From contig JBEWZL010000077.1 in the NCBI GenBank assembly GCA_045837725.1, positions 310,001 through 374,000 on the forward strand: a stretch of 64,000 nucleotides of DNA. The letters run 5' to 3'. Below, in pieces: positions 13,239 through 25,216 of the stretch. A program made the position numbers and the translations under genes. The notes beneath the pieces were generated by a model that was given only the letters and a program-made list of their open reading frames with translations, searched no databases and was not told the origin of the DNA. The stretch is from Vermamoeba vermiformis. Its lineage: Eukaryota. The first letter of the stretch is position 1. The number at the start of each line of letters is the position of its first letter.

Positions 13239-13433
13239 TCACACGTTGAATCCAGCCTCTCGTAAGCACTTCTTATGCAGTTCAATGAATTCTCCGCATT
13301 TATCTTCGCCATGTTTAGCAACGCACTCATCTCTTGTTCGCTTAGTGTCAGGACAAGCGCAGCAGATCTTCAGCTGGGGCTTGGTGGCAGATGTAGTTGA
13401 GTTAGTGTTTGCTTGAGCGTCTGTTGAGGACAT
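13239..13433 (-). CDS. COX17: Cytochrome c oxidase copper chaperone COX17 (64 aa, intronless)
   Basis: KICCACPDTKRTRDEC-x8-CGEFIELHKKCLREAGF: CCxC plus twin Cx9C. Confidence 0.97.
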   Translation of the reverse strand: MSSTDAQANTNSTTSATKPQLKICCACPDTKRTRDECVAKHGEDKCGEFIELHKKCLREAGFNV

Positions 13434-13566
13434 TGTGCTTGCGCTTGGTGGTGGCGTGTTAATTAAAATGAAGAAATAGTAGAACTGTGAATTCACCAGG
13501 CCCGTGGAGTCTCGAAAAGAAAAAAATTGACTGACTCTTTATTTTGGCTCGATAGACAGATGCACA

Positions 13567-16442
13567 ATGAGTCGGTCAAGGAGTGCCAGTTTAGTTTCGG
13601 TCCCACAAGCCGAACAGAATTTGAATTCGAACAAATCCGAAACATTGGTGAAAAGTTTGTTAATATTTTGCGAGCTCAAAGAACTCGTTAAAAAAATTCT
13701 AGAGGCGAAGAAAAATGCACCCAAAAATAAGGTAATGGGAGCTATCATTCTCTTCACTATTTGAATTATTTAAAAATGGATATTTTCTGATCTCGACTTT
13801 GTAGACTGCGATCGAGGACCTTATTTCTCAAGGACAGCTACTCTTTGTAGATTTAAAAGAATTCAACCGCGACTTATTAACAGATGTCGAAGCAGAGAGA
13901 GACAAATTAAACAAACACAAAGAGCAATTAAATCAACTACATTTGCGATTACAGAACTTCCAATACGAAAAAAATCATTTATTAAGAGAGATCGAATCAT
14001 GTAAAAATTATAGGTAAGCTGCTGAGAATATAGAAAATGATTAATCTAATATTTATTGCCAGACCAAAACAACAGATTGAAGGCTTGATTTCAGAGGAAG
14101 AGTTTCTCCGTTCAGCCACACCTGATCAATTGCCGCAAGACAAGAGCGACGAGCACCAAGTCATGTTGAAGCGACTAGCCTTTGAATTAGATCAACGAAG
14201 GAAATTGAGCGACCAAATCGCGGAGATGACGACTAGAAAGAAGGCGCTGATCGATATGAACGAGTCGCGCGTCAATTATTTGAAAGGATTGCAGTCCAAG
14301 CTCAAGGCTATTGACACAGTACGATAAATATAAGCCTATTGCTGCTCGTGCTAACGATCTGCAGGCCTCGAAACAATTGGATCCGCACATCACACTGTCC
14401 ATCAAACAGCGGTTCAAAAATGCAGATCAGGCACAGTTCTTGCCTGGTCCTCTGTACATTTTATTCAGTCACTTGAATGCATACAAGGAGAGCTATGGTA
14501 TGTATCGCGCAAGAACAATATGCGCAACTAACACACGCTTGTTCTACAGACTTGGACGTTGAAATTTCAGTTGAAGGCAACATTGATGACGCGCGAGCAG
14601 ACTACGGCAAAGTACCTGAAAAGAAGAAGCCAAGCACTGAAGACGAGGCCTACACATCTCACCCACTCTTCGTGCAGCTGTCATTTTCTAAAGTCAATAG
14701 TACGTAGCGCTAATAATACAACAATTAACAAGCTAACCGCATTGCAGCTCGGACACTCAATCCACCAGTGATGATCAAGTTTGAATACTTGACCTATTTG
14801 AATATTGTTGTAGTCTCTGTCAGCACGACAAATGCAGCGCTGTTAGACAAAGACTTTTTGATTGATTTGTTCCCGCAAGACACTGGCGAGACAACACCAA
14901 ATATGGCAAATCTGTATTTGTTCGGCAGGTAAGAAAAGTCACCAGATGTAAAGACGTTCCTGACAATTTGTGTTTCAGTAAGCCGTTTTCATTTGATCCC
15001 TCAAAGAAAGGACGGCCGTTCTGGTGGGCACAATGGCTGTCAGGTCTACAATTCTTGCGCAACAGACCAGGTACGTTGTTATGGCTAGTAATATCAGTGC
15101 TAACATCTTCTACTCAGAAATTTCACAAAACAACGATGCGATGCAAGTCGATCAAACAAATCCCTTGGACAATAACTACCACTTCAAAATCACCGAGGTG
15201 TTTGATCGCATTAAGAAGCGGATCTTGGCACGATTGACATTGTCGCAGCAGCTCGAACAATTGTGTTAGTATTCTTTTCGAAGATAATTCAATAATAAGA
15301 AATAAAATTGTACAGTTCTCAAATTACATTACAATCAATAGTTACATTACAATTAGACATTGTCTCATTCTTTGTATTTAAAGCCAAGTTGAGGATAGCC
15401 CTGGTAGACCCAACGACAGGCACCACGACCACGACAATGACAACTTCACAACTGTTGAAGAGTGCTACGACATTGACTAGCTTTGGCGAGATTACTGCTG
15501 AGAAGTTTTACGTAAGTCATGGCTACCCTTTGCTTGGTTTATCATTGACACGTGTCACATTAGGGCAAGAAATACGCAGCACGAAAAGAGCTCACGAAAT
15601 CTACACCCGCCAATCAGAGCAACAACACTAACCTCAACTTGAACATTACTGAAGCGAACGATGAACCGGCATCGACGAACACTCACGCACAAGGCACTAA
15701 AACCACTTCATTTGACGGGCAGTACGTGCCACTCGATGAGGCAGACGAGGAAGACATGATTGTGGACGACTTGGCAGGCACCACTGTGACACCTGTCAAC
15801 TCGACCACGCCACTGAACAGCGAGTCAGTGCGCACACTGCCCAAGCATTGTACATATTACCGCGCAGTGTTTTTGACCGACAAAGGTATGTCAATGATCT
15901 CTGGTCCTTACAATGCTAATCCTCTGCAGAGCAAGTTGAAGTGCGCATTGAACTGAGCAAAGAATATCCGCTCAGACCTCCATTGTTCCGCATTAAAAAG
16001 GCCAAAAAGAGACCTGTCGCTGGTGCCGCCACGACAACAGCAGCACCTCAAGTACCCAATTACCCGCAGCACATTCGCAACAAGATGGACGCGAGTGCCG
16101 TGCAACAACTGAGCGCTAGTGTGAAGGAATCGAGTTACGATCCGACCTTGAAACAGATCGAGAGCGAATTGAACACCAACAGCACTGCTTTGGTTGGCAA
16201 TGAGAACGATCGGCTCAACATTCTGCCGCTGCTCATGAATAGACTACGTGTAAGAACTGATATGACTAGTTATTTGACTTGGTGACTAACTCCGCTTTGA
16301 TTTATAGTTCAGTCTGGATGTCGCTAACGAACTGGACAAAAAAGGCAATGATTCTGTTGTTACGAAGATGTTTGGTCGTGCACATCACGGCAAAGATAGA
16401 CACAAGCCCTTAAGTCAAGATCAGTTGAATAACCTGTTGTAA
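13567..16442 (+). CDS. THOC5: THO complex subunit 5 (FMIP)
   Basis: LHLRLQNFQYEKNHLLREIESCKNY, DEHQVMLKRLAFELDQRRKL, AQFLPGPLYILF, KFEYLTYLNIVVV, GRPFWWAQWLSGL. Confidence 0.9.
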
Positions 16443-16586
16443 TGATAAACCGAACTACTGTTCTCAATTTTTTCAGTTCACACAGCTTCACCGAATTGCT
16501 TCGAAATTACGTGCACCAGCAACACAATCGCGATATGAGCACAATGTTTTACCAATTGATTATCGTCGTATTGATGTAAAGGAACA

Positions 16587-18678
16587 ATGGCGTCCTCTTT
16601 CACCTCAAAATTAGCGATCGAGGATCAAGTTGCTTTGAGTAGAGGTAATTTATAGCCAAAATAATTATCAATATCGTGCTTAATTATTTAAAAATTATCA
16701 GCACTACTTCAGCGACATATAAATACTGTTGAATGTCATTCTACTTTTGGTTGCAAGTTCAGCATCCAGTTGCTGGCTCAAACTAAACCCCATGGCGTGT
16801 TCGATCTAATAGAACGAATGACTAGTAGTGTATTGATGAGAAATATGGAGGTTTGCACAGCGCTCCTAATGATCGGCGGCGGAACTTCGTCTACATCTGA
16901 CCAGTAAGCTACAAAGGTATCTACGGCACTAAGCTAATCAGTGGAATATCTAGTCAAGATCTACTTATCAATTTGGGCTGCGCAATTGAATATCAATCAG
17001 CGCAGGACAAAAGCATCAAATTCACTGCCGAGAGTGGATCTATCGTGCTTGTGCCACCTAAAACTAGCATGCTATCGAGTGTGCTACCCAACACATGCCC
17101 CACTGCACTCGGGCACATACCACAAGGGTGCAGTATACTCGTGTCTTTGTGCACGGCAGATTCAAACCTCAGTGATTCTGAGCTTTTGCGGTACAACCAA
17201 CGCTTGCAAAAAGGAATTCAGCACGCATCTAAGCACATTGTAACGGTACGTCGGGCTTATTTTAGTTAAACTTGTATTTTGACATCTTGTATAGCAGTTA
17301 TCCTCGAAGGACAAATTGACAGTCCTGCGCGGACTGTGGCCTCAATTACCCGCAGAAATTTCATATTACATCATCAAACAATTAGACGTCAAGGGACTCA
17401 TGAGATTTGCATGCACTTCTAAAGGCACGCAAACACTGGTGTACAGTGACAACCAGCTCTGGCAGGCTGCAGATGTCACTCGATCGTATTCCAAAGAGTT
17501 GAAGCTCGCTACGAGTAATAGACGATTGATTCAACGGGAGATGAGGAACAAAGGCAAAGATGGCAACGAGAATGTTATGGCATTGGTGGTGGCATTGGGG
17601 TCACATCACATTGACGCAGGCATGGCTGGTGACGACATCCCTGATATTGTAGTGCCCAGTCTTGTGTGTCAAGTCAAGTCATTCGGCGAACAGCCGCAGT
17701 TATTTGCTGGACACGAGGCCACGCTCATTCCTAGCGGCACAAAAATACTGCCGATACAGAAGAAGCAAATTATCAACACAAAATACTTGCTGCACCTTAT
17801 CGAACAAGTTTATGTCTCGCATCCTTGCGCTGATTTCGAATATCAGCCTCTGTTGCTCTCATTTAGTGCACGCAACATGGTGTCAGACTACGACGAGTTG
17901 ATGTACGAGTGCTTGCAACGCTTTAACATTCCTGTGATCGCAGCTGTCGAGTCAGAAACTCTTGCCCTATACACACACGGCCAGACTGATGGCATAGTCG
18001 TGGATGTCGGTTATGAATGCACAACAATAGTTCCAGTCGAGGAAGGTCAGTCTAATATTTCAGTCCTGTACCTCTTACTAACTGCGCGCAGGCTTCGCTA
18101 TTCGTGCCAACATGATAGTGATCCCAGTGGGAGGGCGTCACGTGACATTAGAACTTTTGAATCGCATTCGCGCACAATATCCAGCACTCAGCGACTTGAC
18201 AGAGGAAGAGGCTAATGAGATCAAGGAGAAATATTGTTATTTCAAGACCAACAGTCCATACGCAGCAGTGTACGAAGGTGACCGAGAGGTGTTGATTAGA
18301 GGTGAATACTATCACCTTGGAGAGGCCTTGTACGAGTCATGCAATGTGCTTTTCAATCCTTTCGAGTTTGGCACGGGCACTCGCGACTTTAAAGAGCAAT
18401 ATTCATACATGATAGAATCACTCGAGCACAACTATCCGAAGCCTAAGGTTCGCAATACGGTGGTACTCGTTGGTGCTACGACACTTCTGCCTGGCTACGT
18501 GCACCGATTTAAAGAGGTGGTTGAAGACCTCTACATTAAATTCCCTTCATGGAAACTAACAGCCTTTGCATACCGAGGTTTTGCCGAGTGGATCGGTGGC
18601 AGCATTTTGGGCTCCTTGACTTGCCAGCAAAATTTCTGGCTGACAAAAGAGCAGCTCAAAGCGAGACTTGATGGCTAG
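16587..18678 (+). CDS. F-box + divergent actin-related protein with unassigned N-terminal domain
   Basis: F-box LPAEISYYIIKQLDVKGLMRFACTSK...DNQLW, followed by actin-fold motifs ALVVALGSHHIDAGMAGDD, GIVVDVGYECTTIVPVEEG, EIKEKYCY, WIGGSILGSL. Start codon inferred. Confidence 0.85.
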
Positions 18679-18686
18679 CCTTGGAT

Positions 18687-18977
18687 TTTATTACGGGGGT
18701 GTGCTACAATAAATTGTGGAGTTGTGAGAAAGTGTTGAGAAAGGTCTTTGTTGGTCCCAAAAATTTTGTGTTTTGATTGTTGCGGCCTGTTCTTAACGAG
18801 GAAGTGATGCAATTGTGTTTTGGAGATGCGGTTATGCTACAATTCATCATTACATTACTGCTTCATTAGCGTTTGTGAGGCGTATGGTAATGTGGTGGTG
18901 AAGGGTGGCTTGGTGTACTCTAATTCGTTATCCTAGCAATAGGACCATAGAGTGCGTCAAGTTAATCCCCGAATAAA
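18687..18977 (+). ncRNA. Candidate ~290-nt rod-like structured RNA (long hairpin; pri-miRNA-like or 3'UTR element)
   Basis: Co-linear nested helices, including 17 uninterrupted bp (18843-18859/18886-18902, 4 G:U) and a 13-bp closing stem with one bulge. Confidence 0.55.
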
Positions 18978-19285
18978 CGCGGGTGCACACGGTTCCTCGA
19001 TTACATTGTTGGATCCGCGAGGATCCGATAGTACAATTACTCTGAATTCAAAGTATTTTCACTCGAGACAATAGCTTGTGAATTTCTAGCTTGAAGGAGC
19101 AATCTGGATAGTTGGTTATTTCTGCCCCGTAGGGGGTCGCATCTTCTTTTTTAATGACCAATCTTTTTTTTTGGTTCGACGACTGCTGGCATGCAAATGA
19201 AAAGCGCTTGAACGATCGGCCTTTGTTGGATCTTGCATTGAGTATTAAGCATTATTTTTATTTCGACGCAAGACAAAATTGTTGT

Positions 19286-21896
19286 TTAAAAGAAGTCCTT
19301 GGCTACAACTTTCTTTTTCTTCGCTTTGGTGAGACCAGCGTTCCACACAAGAGGCTTGATCTTAGCAGGCTGAAAAGGAGCTGTTAGGCACTGTAAATGC
19401 ACGATATACTCAATGTTACCTTCAAAATTCCTTTGGGCGAGGACTCGTTGCTTGACGGACTTGCCAATGTCTTCTTCTTAGCTTGTTTGGCGAGCTCACT
19501 CAGTGCTGATCCAGGCAGGTTAGCTAATTTTCGATCGATCCACAAGCTTTGAGAACTACTTACAGATCTCGGTGTTGCGATGCAGGGCCCAGTTGACACG
19601 CTTCTTTCGCTCAGCAGAGGACAGCAGACTCTCATCGACTTGATCGGTCTGTTCAGCGGCACTGTGGCTCGGTGTCTTGGGACTCGCAAGGGCCTTGGCG
19701 CGCATCGGAGTGGCGGGCAACGAGGGCTTGGGCGATGTTTGTGGGGACTGACGGGCCTTCTTGCGACCAGGACTGACGGTCAAAATATCAACGTCCTCTT
19801 GCTCTGCGTCCATAGCATCGTCTCCATTCTCATTGTGCTCGTTGTCATTATCAGCCTCGTCTTCATTGATGTTGTTGTTCTTGCCTTTCTTGTTGTTAAC
19901 TTGCAGTTGTTTCTTGGTGGCTTGTTTCTTCAGCTCACGAATGGACTTAGCTTTAACTACTTTGCGAGGCTAGAAAGAGAGGGTTAGAATCGCGACCACG
20001 AGTATTATAGTCCTTACTTGTTGCTCGACTTCTTCCTCTTGTTCGTTGCCCTCGCCGTTCTGTTCAACTTCCATTTGCTCTTCTAGCTGTTGTTGCTTTT
20101 TGTTCTTCTTGTTGGTGTTGTTGTTCGTTGTGTTCGTGTTGCTGACTTTGACATTCTTGGCACTGCCATTGGCTTGTTTAGACTTCTTTTGCGCTGGCTG
20201 TTTCTCCTCTTTGCTCTCAGTCTCGTGCTCGGTGCTGTCCTCCAAATCATCAGCCTTTCTTTTCTTCACTAACAACGTCAACTTCATGGCCTTTCGTTGC
20301 AGATCCAACTTCATTTCGTATAGCATTGTTCGACCTCCTTCGGTGGTAGCACTATAATAAAATTTTAAGTGAGATAATTTACCAGTGACACGTGTCAAAT
20401 TTGAATAACTTACGGATCCGAAGCGTATTGGAAACAAGTCTTGGAGATTCCTTTCAAGACATCGTTCAGCGCTGATTGATAGGCGGAGAATTTCTTGCCC
20501 AAGTTCTCGCGCAGTGTTTGCTTTTGTTCTTTGGTCATATCTGCGCCTGACTCTTCGCTCGATTGAAGTTTGTATTGTTCACGCGAGATGAAATTGTCTC
20601 GTTTGTTGTCAATGAAATCTAGCACAAATAATATAATATTAATCTATATGATACTTGATACTAAAGTATTGACCAATAGCGTACCAGCCCATTTTTCCAA
20701 CAAACCGTCAAAAATTTCGCGCTTGACACGATTGCGCATGACTTTTTCAAATGAACCGGCCAAGAAATGGACCCAAGGTGTGAACAGCTGTTTAACGACA
20801 TCGGCATTGAGCTGTAAATACATGTTAATTACATATTGCCAAATAAGGAAATGATTTACCTTGATGACATATTCAGGCACAACTTTTTCGAGCTCGTCAA
20901 AGTAGATGTCGGCCAAGTGATACACGACACCTTGAGTGCACGTGCGGATATTGAGTGGTCCTACGGTCTCATCGGTCATTGTTTCCACGAATTTCTGCAC
21001 AACTTCCTCGCTCCAGTCACGTGCTTTAATCAGCTGAAAACACTCGTTCAAAAAGTATCGCACTAAGGCGTAGAACTTGTCCAATCTATTTCAATATAAT
21101 ATTAATATACTATTATGACTATAGAGAGTAAAAATATACTAAAGTGAGCTGATTGAAAAATTAAGCGGCGGATCCAAATTTGAATTTACCTGTAACGATC
21201 AATACCGCTCCATTCGCGGTTCATAGTCGAGAAGAATGCGCGCATATATAGGAAACGTTGTTCTTCGCTAGGCAACACGTGCAATAGTGCCGCTAATTTG
21301 CGCGCAAGCTCGTGTTGAATGAGCGGTTTGTCCGACATCCACATGCCTAGTAATTGTTTATTAATCATTTACTATTTTGAGTTATAATGAATTAATTTAA
21401 CAAGGCAATTCAGGAAATCAATAGAAGTAGCAATAATTTTTTTGAGATCGTTGTTGGATCGTGGTAGATCAACTTACAATAAAAGAGAGCCTTCCAAATT
21501 TTGTTCAAATCGAGTTCTGAAATATCTTGTTTGGATGAGAGCCATCGCTCGAGCACTTTGACGGCCTTGTCTCGTGTTTTCTTGTCTAAATAACAAATTC
21601 GTTGTTAGATGTGACACTCAACACCATCAGAAAATTAGTTTCGTTGCGTAACAAATGTTTAAAAAATATTTATAACCGTATAATTATTATTTTAGCATTG
21701 ATTATTTTTTCTGGGTGTAACGGATGGATTAGATTCGATCGGATCGTCGATCGCACTATTAAAAATCAAGACAAATTGATAGCAACAATAATAATGTCTT
21801 ATAAACATATATTTAATTAAAATTACCATTAGATGCTAGCTTGTTGCCAAATCTGAGCTGGTTTTTGCTTGCCGCTTTGTTAGGTTTGGATGCCAT
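19286..21896 (-). CDS. RRP1: Ribosomal RNA processing protein 1 (RRP1/NNP-1/Nop52) with long low-complexity tail
   Basis: LASN-DKKTRDKAV, KIWKALFY, MWMSDKPLIQ, REWSGIDRYRLDKFYALVR, GVVYHLADIYFDEL; tail ends AKDFF. Confidence 0.92.
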
Positions 21897-22461
21897 TTGT
21901 ATTTCTTATTTATAATGCACACAATTGAATATTGAATAATACAGTCAATATGCACGTGTTGTTTCGTGTCAAGTGCCTCACAAACAATCTTTTGTTTCGA
22001 ACAGTTGCTTTTTTTGCCCGCGATCGACCACGACAGAAGTCATTTTGATGCTTATATTTAAAACAAAGTACGTTAACGCCCTTATGAAATATATTTTGAA
22101 CAAATTACAACAAACAAGCACCGTATTTCATTCGATCTAGAAATGCAGCGATTTTAGAGAGCTGGTACCTTCCTCCTGCCTATTAAACGTATGTCCGCTT
22201 CAAATTTCATCGTGGATTAAGTTTAGTTCTTTTCTTTATATCTCTATCCTCCGCGAGTTGGATCAGAAAAGTGGATCAGATCCATTTTGGACCAATAAGC
22301 GCTGTTTCCTTTGCTCATTATTTAATTGCGCCAAGAACCTAGTCATAATTAGTCGAGCACGTGCTCTCGTGTCAAAGAGTGCAAAATATTAGTTCAGCAA
22401 TTATTAATTTTACCACTATCGACTACCACGACCACGTCATCATTTCGATACAGTAGTTAAT

Positions 22462-23563
22462 ATGAGCAGCAAGAGCAAGAATAGGGCGGCAAGTTTACGA
22501 GCAGGAAAAGGCAAGTGTCGCTTGTGCCAGCAACAATTTTCGAAAGGCAAGATCGAAGAGCATCTGAAAAAGTGTCTCGAGAGCAAATTTCCTCCTCCAG
22601 CAGATGACGTAAGTTCCATAGCAAAAGGTTGAATAAATTAACTTTATTTTATAGAATAAGGTGAAATACTTTTTGCTGAAGGCTCACGCGGACAAAGTGT
22701 TCTGGATGTACCTGAAGGCACCCGCAGCCGCTAGGTAAATTAACGAAATTATTTACTAATTACTAATTCTAATTGTAAAAACCTTCCAGGTTGCAAGATC
22801 TTGACGATCTACTTCGCAACATCTGGGTTGAGTGCTGTGGTCATTTAAGCACATTCAACCGTACCAAGCCGAAGAAGAAAAAGTAAGTTCAATAATACTG
22901 GTGCGAAGAAGCATTATCGATGAGTTATCAAGCTTGATCCTGATCCGACATTTTTTCAGAGGTCAAACGCTAACCTTGGAAGATTTAATGCATAAACCGA
23001 ATACCAATGATGAAAAGAATGAAGAAGGGTTCGGTATTAGCAAGAAATCAACGTTAGGTAAGATCTGTCCATTATACGATTCGGGTCTAATGCTTCAATA
23101 TTAGAAAAAGTATTGAAGCCCGGAGATTCCCTCGATTATGCATATGATATGGGCACTACAACAGACATTGCTATTGATGTTTTGTCTGAAAACTTCGCTC
23201 CCAAATCCACCGACAAGGCTCAAAACGAAGCAATTTCAATACTAGCGCGCAATAACCACCCAATGTGGGAGTGCATTGACTGCGACAAGACTGCGAGGAA
23301 TATTTGCTCTGCATGCTTCCAGTTTTACTGTGGCAAACGTAAGTGAAATGTACTGGATCGAGTTATGGTTACTGATCGATCGTTGCATAGATGGAAAAAG
23401 ACATGGTTGCGATGTCGATATGTTATTGGCCGCAGCGAATTCTCCGCGCTGTGGATTTTGCGGCTACATGGGCAACGATGAAGATGAAGGCGACAGATTA
23501 GATTTGCCCGAAGAAGATGACGCTGATAATGGCAGCGAAGAAGAAGACGGTGACGACGATTGA
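22462..23563 (+). CDS. Cys-rich pRiA4b-ORF3-like (MM3350-like) protein, copy 1
   Basis: GKCRLC...HLKKC, LQDLDDLLRNIWVECCGHLSTF, YAYDMGTTT, ILARNNHP, CxxC pairs, NSPRCGFCGYMG, acidic tail. Family recognised from memory of prokaryotic homologs. Confidence 0.75.
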
Positions 23564-23819
23564 ACATTTTTCGGCTAGATTAGATGTAGTTGTTTAATTG
23601 ACTCAGAGATCTTTGTTCCGTGGATCCGCACTTAGCAGGCTGTAGACGACTAGAAACGGTCAGACTTGGTTTGTTCAATAAATTTGTTCCCTACTAATTG
23701 GTAGTGCCCATTTCTAATCTGAAAAACACAACGACGTGTGAATCCGCGAAAATTATTAAATTTTTCTTCCGTTTCAGTTTCATCGCGCACAATCGAACTG
23801 ACTACCAGACTTATTAAAT

Positions 23820-24967
23820 ATGAGCACCAAGGGCAAGCGTAAAGCAGCTGGTTTAAGAGCAGCGAAGGGCAAGTGTCGCTTGTGCCAGCAACAATTTGCG
23901 AGCGACAAGATCGAAGAGCATCTGAACAAATGCCTTGAGACCAAATTTCCTCCTCCAGCTGACGACGTAAATATTGCAAATAATACAGTACAAGTGTATA
24001 ATATTCTGACTTAGTATTTCTAGAATAAGACCAAATATTATTTGGTGAAAGCTTACGCTGAGGTCTATTGGTTGTATTTGAAAGCACCTGCCACTGCTAC
24101 GTAAGCACATATTATATTCTACCCATTGATGCTTACTCTGGGTCTTATTTAGTTTGCAAGATCTGGATTACACACTACGCAGAATCTGGCTCGAGTGTTG
24201 TGGTCACATGAGCACCTTCAACCGCGCTATGCCACCACTACCAAAGTAAGCGATTAATATACTTATGCATTCATATGACTTAGTACTAAGCTGATATCCT
24301 TTGTCGACTGCAGAGGTAAAAAGCCTAGCCTGGAAGATTTGATGCCGCCCACAAATAATGACGATGAAAGAGATGAAGATGATATGGGCATCAATAAGTC
24401 ATTAAAATTAGGTAAGATCTAGCAACTTAAAGGCATCTACGTCGACTCTAATCATTAATTTGACTTTAGAGAAAGTATTTAAAGTTGGCGATTGTTTCGA
24501 CTATGAATACGATATGGGCACTACAACGGAGCTCGCTGTCGACGTCTTAGCTGAAAAGTATGCTCCTCGATCCAACGACAAAACAATTACGATCTTAGCG
24601 CGCAATAACCATCCAATGATCGACTGCACCAAGTGCGATGATACAGCGAAGAAAATATGTTCAGAGTGCTTCAATCATTTCTGCACCAAACGTACGTTAA
24701 TGGATCGTGTACTGGCCTGGATCGGGCTTTGACCACTCGTTTATTGTAGATAGCAAGCATGACTGTGACAGTGAGATGTTGTTGAGTGTGGCTAATTCTC
24801 CGCGCAGTGGTTCTTGCGGCTACGAAGGCAACACTGAAGACGAGGGCGACAGATTCCCTAAACAAAAAGAAGCAGTGAACATTGATGAGGCTGCTGACGA
24901 TGACGACGATGAATTCGAAGAAGATGAAGAGGACGAAGAGGATGACGACGAGGTCAGTGATGATTAA
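23820..24967 (+). CDS. Cys-rich pRiA4b-ORF3-like protein, copy 2 (tandem paralog)
   Basis: Same motifs (LRRIWLECCGHMSTF, YEYDMGTTTEL, NSPRSGSCGYEG) and equivalent intron positions as copy 1. Confidence 0.75.
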
Positions 24968-25216
24968 TCGCTTTTCAAACGGAGCGGATCTCTGATGAGC
25001 GTTGTAAATGGAATACTAAAGCTGCATTTGTACGAAGTATGCATTGGCACTCTCAACTATAGTTGATTATATATAATGTTTCTTGCTTTATTAAATTTTT
25101 GGCCTACTGACGTTGCGCGACAAATTGAACTTCGGAAAAAAAGTTAAAGCAAATTAAAATTATTACGAGATACGAACACAATAGTCCATTAGCTATTGTC
25201 TAGATATCAATCACGA

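Noticed and set aside
16700-17245. Faint chaperonin-like words (GVFD, IGGG) in the N-terminus of the F-box-actin protein
   Set aside because: Motif order and spacing are unconvincing without a profile search.
22145-22306. Small hairpin AAAGTGGAT-CAG-ATCCATTT and GCAGCG/CGCTGT closure upstream of the tandem genes
   Set aside because: Too few helices to exceed chance; adjacent to a CCAAT box and more simply read as promoter sequence.
24990-25030. CTGATGA suggesting a hammerhead ribozyme core
   Set aside because: No stem II followed by GAAA.
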